NCBI GenBank assembly: GCA_951406725.2
Contig: OX597829.1
Location: forward strand, 16,430,001-16,494,000
Source: Octopus vulgaris
Lineage: Eukaryota
Reading direction: 5' to 3'
DNA length: 64,000 nucleotides
In this document: positions 54,496 through 64,000 of the stretch, in pieces
How the letters are laid out: every line of letters starts with the position of its first letter
How positions within the stretch are numbered: the stretch's first letter is position 1
Program-made: the position numbers and the translations under genes
The notes under the pieces: generated by a model
Told to the model about the DNA's origin: nothing
Database searches by the model: none
Seen by the model: only the letters and a program-made list of their open reading frames with translations

Positions 54496-54747
54496 AATGT
54501 GAGGATAAGATTCTTTTCGAAAAAAAATATTTTCTCGAAAAAAATTTTATCAATGGCCAGCATATTAAAAATACCTTTAACGGTTAAATTTATAAACAAT
54601 TCATAAATGAGGGCAAAGGAAAAAATTTCTAATGCCAAATATGCCGAAAAATTGGACATATTGTCCATCAACCATATAATTTTTTCACAATACGCACGCT
54701 ACTCGAAAAAAGGTCGACAGAAATTTCTAAAAAATTTCATTATTACC

Positions 54748-54802
54748 ATATCGGACCGATTTCAGAGTTAGCTACTAAGAGCCCTCTCTTCGTCAGTGAT
54801 AC
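54748..54802 (-). ncRNA. Hammerhead motif, near-canonical
   Basis: GTATCA CTGACGA AGAG..CTCT GAA ATCGGT C CGATAT, with one A-C mismatch at the base of stem I. Confidence 0.62.
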
Positions 54803-54918
54803 ATGTGGCAAAAGAAATAAATGAGATACTTGTGAAAAAATGATATGGTTAATGGACAATATGTCCAATTTTTCGGCATATTTGGCATTAGAATTTTTTT
54901 TCTTTGCCCTCATTTATC

Positions 54919-54956
<38 letters not shown>

Positions 54957-54958
54957 GC

Positions 54959-55454
54959 CGCCTTTAATGTACTTATATATGAATAATATATGGCCTGTGC
55001 TAGAAACACCAGCGATAATAATTAATTTTATTTTATCGCATTTTGAATTTGTTTACATATTTCTCGATAAATTTTGAGCCTTAGACTATATACCAGAAAT
55101 CCCTAGTTTGTCGGGTTCGTTCTGCGTCTGCGCAGTGATCTGATTAGTTAGAAAGAGCAAATTAGTAGACGCACATGTGTCTATCGAGTTGCGCTTCATA
55201 ATAACAGGAATCTTACTGAAGAGCCTACCTGAGTAAATAAATATTATTTTTATTGCTGAAAAAGGCGAAACTGCAGTCTAAGATGAACAGAGTTAGTAAA
55301 AGTTTTTATCTTCATTTCACTAAATTTATCAAGCTTCTGTGTTTCTAGTACATACTTCGCCTTTAATGTACTTATATATGAATAATATATGGCCTGTGCT
55401 AGAAACACCAGCGATAATAATTAATTTTATTTTATCGCATTTTGAATTTGTTTA
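54959..55454 (+). mobile_element. 399-bp HHR-bearing unit with 97-bp terminal direct repeat (retrozyme or PLE pLTR-like)
   Basis: 54959-55055 is identical to 55358-55454 (period 399). It contains a canonical HHR and has (TA)n on both sides. Confidence 0.75.
55210..55284 (+). ncRNA. Minimal type-I hammerhead ribozyme, canonical core
   Basis: Stem I ATCTTA/TAAGAT, core CTGAAGA, stem II GCCT/AGGC, GAA, palindromic stem III ACTGCAGT; predicted GUC cleavage after C55278. Confidence 0.88.
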
Positions 55455-58415
55455 TATATATATATATATATACGATGGACTTCTTTCAGTTTCCATCTAC
55501 CAAATCCACTCACAAGACTTTGGTTGGCCCAAGGCTTATATTAGAAGACACATGACCAATGTGCCATTCAGTGGGAGTGAACCACAAACCCTTTTGTTGG
55601 GAAGCAAGCTTCTTACCCAACAGCCACACCTCCACACACATACACATACACACACACACATCTATGTGCATCCTTTGTGTTTGTCCCCAATATTTCTTGA
55701 CATCTGGTGTTGGTTTGTTTACAGCCCAGCAAAAGAGATCAATAGCATAAGTGAGTACCAAGCTTTAAAAAAATAAGTACTGGAGCCAATTCATTTGACT
55801 GAAATCTTTCAAGGAGGTGTTCCAGTATGGCCGTAATCCAATGATTGAAAGAAGTAAAAGATAAAAGGTATACTCTTACTCTCTCTTTTACTCTTTTACT
55901 TGTTTCAGTCATTTGACTGCGGCCATGCTGGAGCACCACCTTTAATCAAGCAACTCGACCCCGGGACTTATTCTTTTGTAAGCCCAGTACTTATTCTATC
56001 GGTCTCTTTTGCTGAACCACTAAGTAACGGGGACATAAACACACCAGCATCGATTGTCAAGCAATGCTAAGGGGACAAACACAGACACACAAACACACAC
56101 ACGCATATATATATATACATATATACGACAGGCTTCTTTCAGTTTCCGTCTACCAAATCTACTCACAAGGCTTTGGTCGGCCCGAGGCTATAGTAGAAGA
56201 CACTTGCCCAAGGTGCCACACAGTGGGACTGAACCCGGAACCATGTGGTTGGTAAACAAGCAACTTACCACACAGCCACTCCTACGCCTATATATGTGTA
56301 TATGTACAAAAAGAGATAGATATAGAGAGAGGTTAAATTCCTTTTATGCTACTCTACTTTCATTTCATAGGGATCATCAAGTTACAACCCAACAACTCTT
56401 CTGATTTGAAACATGAGTCGTAAGAAAGGAATTGAATTTAAATCAACCACAAATTCTATTGTTTTTACTCATTGGCCAGCAATACCTAAAAGCTACACAT
56501 TCTATAAAAGTGGTTACTGTCTTTACATGTTTCAGTCATTTGACTGTGGCCATGCTGGAGCACCACCTTTAGTCGACCAAATCGACCCCAGGACTTATTC
56601 TTTGTAAGCCTAGTACTTATTCTATCAGTCTCTTTTGCTGAACCTGGAACGATGTGGTTGGGAAGCAAGCTTCTAACCACACAGCCATGCCTACTCTTAC
56701 ACAGCATACCAAAGAACAGACCCAACATTTCTTCTGCATATCATAAAAGGTGACTAAAAGTGGTTAATGTAGGATTTGGACTCCAGCCTTGTAAAATCCT
56801 CACTTGCAGTGACTACTTGAGCCAAAAAATTAACTTAACTTACCTATATACCCATTGAGTTCTCCTCTCTGGGGTAGTACCTCAACTGCCTATTAGGTTG
56901 GAAGAAAGACATCAGGACCCCCATCAACCAAATGGGTATAACCCTGGAGGAGGGGCTTGGTTGGTGGCAGTTGTCACTTAAGTGGGGCAAAACTGACATC
57001 CACTAGGAGTAGGGAATCTCAGTTCTTCCTGATGAGGACTATTTGGGTGGGAACCTGAAATATTTTCTTCTTCATGAAGATGGGAGCTGACAGGAAGATT
57101 ACTCTGAGGGTTGCTTGTGATAACCTGAGCAGATACAGACAAATGGTGGGTGCAACAATGTGCTGTGATGGTGCATATCTTTATACTGACCAAACCTGAC
57201 TTGACTGGAATAATGGAAGTAGTCAAAGAGTATTAGAAGTAAAGATGCAGTTTATCCGTTTGGAAATCTGTGACACTGCAATGCTAAAATTCACAGAATA
57301 AAATCATCATCATCATCATCATCGTTTAACGTCCGCTTTTCATGCTAGCATGGGTTGGACGATTTTGACTGAGGGCTGGTGAACCAGATGGCTGCACCAG
57401 GCTTCAATCTTGATCTGGCAGAGTTTCTACAGCTGGATGTCCTTCCTAACGCCAGCCACTCTGAGTGTGTAGTGGGTGCTTTTACGGGCCACCGGCACAG
57501 GGCCAGTCAGGCGGTACTGGCAATGACCTCGCTTGAATCTTTTTACACGTGCAACCGGCACACGTGCAACTGGCACAGGTGCCAGGGAAGCGACTTTGGT
57601 AACGATCATGCTCGAATGGTGCCCTTTTACGTGTCACAGGTACGGAAGCCAGTTGGCGGCTCTAAATATAAGAATCCAGACATTGTCTTTAAAGATTTTA
57701 TAATGGCTCAGTTCAACCATAGCCCCTAGTGGACCAAAGCCTTGTGAGTGGATTTGATCGAGGCAAACTGTGTGGAAATCTGTCAAATCCTCCTCATCAT
57801 CATCATTATCATCTTTATTATCATCATCACCATTAACATTTAACATCCTCCTTCTATACCGGCATGAGTTGGAACAGGGCCAGCACGAGGGTGACATGGG
57901 AGCAGAATGGGGGCGGCACGGGGGCGACGCGGAGGGGGAACATGGGGAAGGTGTGGGGTGGTGCAGAGGTGGCATGGGGGCAGCACAGGGGTAGTGCAGG
58001 GGCTGTGCAGGGGTGACATGGAGGAGGTGCAGGGGTGGCAGGCATTGGCATTGTTGTCACTGGTGTTGGCATCATTGTCAGCAGAATTGGCGTCAATGCC
58101 AGCAGTAGGCAACAGCATCATTTAATGCCCATTTTCCATACTGACATAGGTAGGATAGTTTGACAGAAGACTGTGCCAATTTGGCTTTGTTTCTATGGCT
58201 GGATGCTCTTCCTAATGCCAACTGTTTTTGCTTTTTACATGGCACCAGCACTGGTAATATTGCCAAATAACTTGCAAGACAAGACACTTAAACTGAAGGC
58301 ATAAGCATTATTAACTAGTATAGCTAGTGATATCTCAATGCGTTTATACTCTAAAACATCCTTGTTATTGACTTTTTGGGGACAAACACCATAGTATTAT
58401 GGTTCTGTTATAATA

Positions 58416-58772
58416 GGGCGGCAAGCTGGTATTGGGCGGTGAGCTGGCAGAATCGTTAGCACGCCAGGCGAAATGCGTAACCATATTTTGTCTGCCATTA
58501 CATTCTAAGTTACGCACTGGGGTCAATATAATCGACTTAATCCATTTGTCTGTCCTGTGTTTAGCCCCTTGTGGGTGGTAAAGAAATAGGTATTTCGTCT
58601 GCCGTTATGTTCTGAGTTCAAATTCCGCCAAGGTCAACTTTGCCTTTCATCCTTTTGGGGTCGATAAGTTAAGTACCAGTTACGTACTGTGGTCAATATA
58701 ATCGACTTAATCCATTTGTCTATCCTTGTTTGTCCTCTCTGTGTTTAGCCCCTTGTGGGTAGTAAAGAAATA
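58416..58772 (+). mobile_element. tRNA-derived SINE family C (tandem form) with 15-bp TSD
   Basis: TSD GGTTCTGTTATAATA at 58401-58415 and 58773-58787; B box GAGTTCAAATTCC; core CCTTTCATCC..GGGGTCGATAA..AAGTACCAG (Meta/Nin-like, from memory). Other copies at about 15690-16110, 19158-19552, 32437-32660, 33985-34213, 47295-47495 and 59805-59985. Confidence 0.85.
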
Positions 58773-60481
58773 GGTTCTGTTATAATACATCCACATTAAG
58801 TTGGATTTAAAGACTGCCATTTGGTAGTCTCTATACTACCTCTGTCACTAATATCTAATTTATTCCCGGCCTGCTCTTAATAATAATGATTTTACTAATC
58901 AAAGTTATGAATTTTCTATGCCTGTTCACGTGTATTTAACATGAGCTAGTGCTAATTGTGTTGGTATTCCATTGTTTTGAACACTAAAATTGGATTATCC
59001 GCTACAATGCAGACAAATTAAGATAAAAATGGTTTTGTCTGAAGGAGTTTTGGGAACTTAAAGAAATATCTTTATCTCATAATTGCTAATGCGTGATTTT
59101 AATTTAATATGAAATTATAGTTGTGATGTATATGTAGGTGTGTGTGTGTGTTTAGGTGTGTATCACAGGTATGTATGCATGCATTTGTATGTATTGTATA
59201 TATGTGTGCATGTATGTGTATATCTGTTGTGCATTTGTGTGAATGAGTGCATGTGCATCATGTGTGTCTGTGCAAGTGTTTGCATGTGTGTGTCTGTGCA
59301 AGTGTGTGTATTATATATATATGTGTGTGTGTGTGCAAGTGTATGTGTGCATGTACATTTGCAAATTTATGTGTCAGTATTGAATGTATGTATACAAGCT
59401 TGTGTATGTGTTGTATATATGCATGTAACTGTGTGTCTATGTGTCTGTTGCACCTGCATGTGTTTGTGAGCATATTGTGTATGTGCTTGCAAGTATGTGC
59501 ATGTGTGTGTGTGTATGTCCATATGCTACATGTGTGATTTTATATATAAACACATGAACTTGTGTTAACATGTGCTTGTATATTCATATGAATGTATGTA
59601 TATATACATGTGTGTTATCAGGTCGCTCTTGGGTGCTACGGGTAGCATGTAACCCACAACAACCCGTTACATTATTGGGTCATCAGTGACTAACCTGGCA
59701 ACCCCATCAAGCTTGCTTGGTGAGGAGGGTGATTGCTGGCCACCCGATGGGACAAAAGGAAAGACCCATCAAAGGGTGGAAGAACTCAGGAAAGTCATGC
59801 AGGGCAAAATGTTAAGCAGCATTTTATCTGCCTTTACGTTCTGAGTTCAATTCCTACCAATAGTGACTTAGTCTTTCATCCTCCCTGGGTCAATAAAATA
59901 TGCACTAGTTCATTACTGGGATGAATGTAACCGACTTATCCCCCACCCCCAGAATTGCTGGCCTTGTGCCGAAATTGGAAACCAATATTATGCATCTGCG
60001 TATGTGTTATGTATAATGTCGGGTACATGTCGAATTGATTCTGTGGGTGCTAAATATTGTGTATAGCTAAATGTCTGTGTGTTTAACCATTAAAAAAGAA
60101 GAAGGAAAGTAAATAAGGAGAAAAAAAAAAGATGAAGAAGAGAAGAAAGAAATGAAAAGGAAATGATTACCTTTGAAGTGGAAAAGATCAACAGAATGAA
60201 AGAAAGTTATAAGGCTGAGATGGTGACTCAGGAAAAATCATCAGAATGGAGGTCTTGTGAGCTATGATTTGTATTTAGCCATCAAAAGGATGAATGGTAA
60301 AACCCGTATTGTAAATCCTGTCTGGTAATGATTGATTGATTTGCTCAACCATATTGAAAGATGATGATTATGATGATGATGATTATGATGATGATGATGG
60401 TGTGCTCTACATATCTTTGCATGTATACTGCACTGCATGTGTATGCGTGTGTCAGTATATGCTTGTGTGTATGTATGTGCG

Positions 60482-60529
<48 letters not shown>

Positions 60530-60579
60530 TGCATGCATTTGTTTCTACATTTTAATGGCCAAGTGTCTGCAAAGTGTGT

Positions 60580-60620
<41 letters not shown>

Positions 60621-60631
60621 TATACATATAT

Positions 60632-60667
<36 letters not shown>

Positions 60668-61563
60668 TTATTTTATAGAAGGAGCTTCTACAGGACTAGA
60701 ACTGTTTCATTCAAAAGAAGTCCTGTAGAAGCTCCTTCTATAAAATAAATTAATTTACTCTGCTATGTATTGAGTACCTTATTTACTGTGGTTAACCCCG
60801 ACTCAACCCGGGACCTACATATATATATATATATATATACATAATATATATTATGTATATATATATAATATATATATTCTATTCTGTTGTGTCTGGAGAG
60901 AGTCATTTTCTTTTTGTGCCTTATAATGTAACACACTCACAGGTAAAATTTCCACTTATTCCTTATTTTTATTTTCCTAAAATTTTCATTGCATCTTGCA
61001 ACCTTTTCAATAGTCTTGACTCTAGAGAGTTTTAGGAAAATAAAAATAAGGAATAAGTGGAAATTTTACCGGTGAGTGTGTTACATTATAAGGCACAAAA
61101 AGAATGACTCTCCCCAGACACAACAGAATATGCTTCAACACATGAACTCATATAAAGAATCTTGCAAACCAAATCCAAAAACGAAATATATATATATATA
61201 TCAGATTTGTGTGGGTGTGGTGGGGTATATTTGTGTGTGTGTGTCTATGGATGGTCTGTGTGTGTGCAAGTGTGTTTACATGTATGTGTGTGCATATTTT
61301 TGCATGTGTCCTTTGCAAGCAGGACACCACAGGTTCAATCTCAAAATGTGCTATACTTATTTTTACCTTTCTCTTTTACCTGTCTCAACCGTTGTCTATG
61401 GACCATGCTGATGCACCACCTTGAAGGGTTTTAATCAAATGAATCGAGCCAGTACCTTTTGTTTCCTTCAGCCTGGTACTTACTTTATCCATCTAATTTA
61501 TGGGGGGGGGGGGGGTATATGTGTGTGTGTGTGTGTGCATGTGTATATTTATGCATATATATA

Positions 61564-61596
<33 letters not shown>

Positions 61597-61597
<1 letters not shown>

Positions 61598-62014
61598 CTC
61601 TTTTACTCTTTACTCTTTTACTTGTTTCAGTCATTTGACTGCGGCCATGCTGGAGCACCGCCTTTAGTTGAGCAAATCGACCCCGGGACTTCTTCTTCGT
61701 AAGCCCAGTACTTATTCTTTCGGTCTCTTTTGCCGAACTGCTAAGTGACGGGGACATAAACACACCAGCATCGGTTGTCAAGCAATACTAGGGGGACAAA
61801 CACAGACACACAAACACATACACACACATATATATATACATACATATATACGACGGGCTTCTTTCAGTTTCCGTCTACCAAATCCACTCACAAGGCATTG
61901 GTCGGCCCGGGGCTATAGCAGAAGACACTTGCCCAAGATGCCACGCAGTGGGACTGAACCCGGAACCATGTGGTTGGTTAGCAAGCTACTTACCACACAG
62001 CCACTCCTGCACCT
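61597..62014 (-). mobile_element. tRNA-derived SINE family B, full length
   Basis: A box TGGCTGTGTGG, B box GGTTCAGTCC, CORE-like TTGGGCAAGTG, internal (TA)/(TG) tract and (GAGTAAAA)n tail. Other copies or pieces at about 5655-5925, 9613-9780, 18810-19015, 29125-29290, 29480-29645, 36595-36730, 39890-40245, 44510-44620, 55470-55865, 55872-56290 and 56520-56692. Confidence 0.85.
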
Positions 62015-62149
62015 ATACATATATATATATAATATATATGTATAGGTGTATAATATTATATAATAATATTTATTCTCAGGTTTGTTTATGAAAAATATTA
62101 TGTATATATGTGTATATATATATATATACACAACTTTGATAATTTTGAT

Positions 62150-63105
62150 AGGTTTCAGCCAGTATAGGCCCAGGCCATGTCTAACTTAATAGCACCACCT
62201 GCTGGAGTCTTTCAGTCATATATGGGGCACCATTGTTGGAGACATATCCGGGTGTAGGAAGTTGGTCCAGGATTTTTTGAAGAAATTTGTCCAGTGAACA
62301 TTTGAATTTTATGGGACCTGTTTCCATTTTGACGTATTTTGGTATGGTATTAAAGAGAGCTAGATCGGTTGAGGTAAAGTAATTGTGATGTAATGTTGCT
62401 ATGTGTACCGAGTTTGATTTTTCTAGTGAGCGGAGAGCATAGAGGCCAAGTCTTAGATGGATTTTAAAATTGATGCCAACATCATTTGTGCAATATCGAT
62501 GGAATATTTTTCACATAATGATGTAGCACTCCCAGCGGCGTTGGAGAGAGTAGTGATTGAGTTTTTTTAGTCGACCCCTATAGTCAGTGCCTCTTATGCC
62601 ATGTGTCTTTCTTGTTATTGGCCCCTGGAATGCTTTTACTTTCATAATGAGTTGCTTCATATGGGGGGATCACAATGGGCAACAGTACGCAAGGTGGGGT
62701 CGGGCAAAAGTAGAGAAGGATGATGGTGTAGGCATCTCTAGACCGGAAAGTTCTAAGAATCCAGGTGCACATCTTGCGGGACAAGTCAACCTTGCTGTTT
62801 ACGTGGGAACTCCAGCTTAGATTGTTATCAACAATTACTCCAAGGTCTCTGATGTTGCTGGGTGAGACTAGGGAGTCGCCCAAGGGAAGAGCATATGGTA
62901 ATTTGAGAGTTTCCTCTTTCCTGAAGTGGATCAAATCAAACTTATCCTTATTTAAAAGCATATTGGTTTTTTTTCTGCCCATTGGACAACAGCAAACAGA
63001 TCTGACTGAAGGCATGTTCGGTCTCCCATGCCGTTTATGGCTTTCTGGAGTTTGCAATCATGTGCAAAGATTTTCAATGTGGAATGTTTGATGACATCTA
63101 TTATG
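62150..63105 (-). pseudogene. CR1-group LINE RT C-terminal fragment
   Basis: LKIFAHDCKL (decayed FADD), LQSDL..VVQWA, RDLGVIVDNNLSWSSHV, RPHL.YCCPLWSPH, YSLQRR. Frameshifted. Confidence 0.88.
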
Positions 63106-63204
63106 TCATTGTGTGTGTGTGTGTGTGTGTGTGTGCATGCACGCACATGTTGTCTAAATGTATATATGTATATGTATATGCATATATATATATATGTATG
63201 CATG

Positions 63205-63261
<57 letters not shown>

Positions 63262-64000
63262 TTCGGACCCCTCTTCAATACGCTATTTCACCATGCATTA
63301 CCCCTCTCTTGATTCCTACGTTCTACTTGCCTAGAACCTGTCATTATTTCTCTGAACCACCCCTCCCCACTGGTGCTCCCCTATATTTCTGCACCCCCCC
63401 CCCCACATAAAAAGCACCATCCGAACGTGGCCGATGCCAGACCCCTCTGGCACCTGTGCAGGTGGCACGTAAAAAACACCCACTACACTCGCGGAGTGGT
63501 TGGCGTTAGGAAGGGCATCAAGCTGTAGAAACACTGCCAGACTAGACTGGAGCCTGGGGCAGTCCCTAGCTCCCCAGACCCCGGTCGAAACCGTCCAACC
63601 CGTGCTAGCGCGGAAAACGGACGTTAAACGATGATGATGATGATGATGATGATGTATATATATGTATGACTAGCGACCGAGACTTTTAGAAATATGCTGT
63701 GCTTGAGAAGACCTGGGAAGCCAAATGAGACCATAACCTCATGGCCTATGCCAGAGGTGTAACCAGCCCACTTATGTATACCTTTTGCTTCTTTGGTCAC
63801 TAAACTCTGCTTGCGGAGACCTGTTGAGGCAAGTGAAATCAAAATCAAAATCAAATTCGACAACTGGCATCCATGCTAGCGGTGTGCAAAGAGCACCATA
63901 TGAGGGTGATCATTGACAGAGTGGCTAACCGACTTCTGTGCCAGTGACACATAAAAGGGCACCATTTGAGTGTGATCGTTACCAGCGTTGCCTTACTGGC

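Noticed and set aside
57029-57075. CTGATGA...GAAA hammerhead-like string
   Set aside because: Stems I and III do not pair.
59618-59800. Possible LINE 5' UTR with an HDV-like ribozyme
   Set aside because: I could not build the nested double pseudoknot by eye.

Overview
This is AT-rich eukaryotic non-coding DNA dense in (TA)n, (TACA)n, (GATA)n, (AAT)n, (CA)n and (CAT)n microsatellites. From memory, not a search, the repeat families look like a coleoid cephalopod (Octopus). I found no intact host gene, and most ORF-track entries are microsatellite or SINE artefacts. Decayed coding remnants include RTE, R4/Dong-type and CR1-type LINEs, at least six Penelope-like element (PLE) fragments (Naiad-like, Neptune-like and one unassigned), and three mariner relics. 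Non-coding elements include several tRNA-derived SINE families, RTE 3' ends with (GAT)n tails, piggyBac-like and foldback MITEs, and a Helitron-like end. The most striking unexplained signal is about a dozen sequence-unrelated minimal type-I hammerhead ribozyme (HHR) motifs with self-complementary stem III. They sit in short units, mostly next to or inside (TA)n. These units are tails-out inverted foldbacks, a 399-bp terminally redundant retrozyme-like unit, and a tRNA-headed SINE with an HHR tail. All motifs were read by eye and activity is untested.
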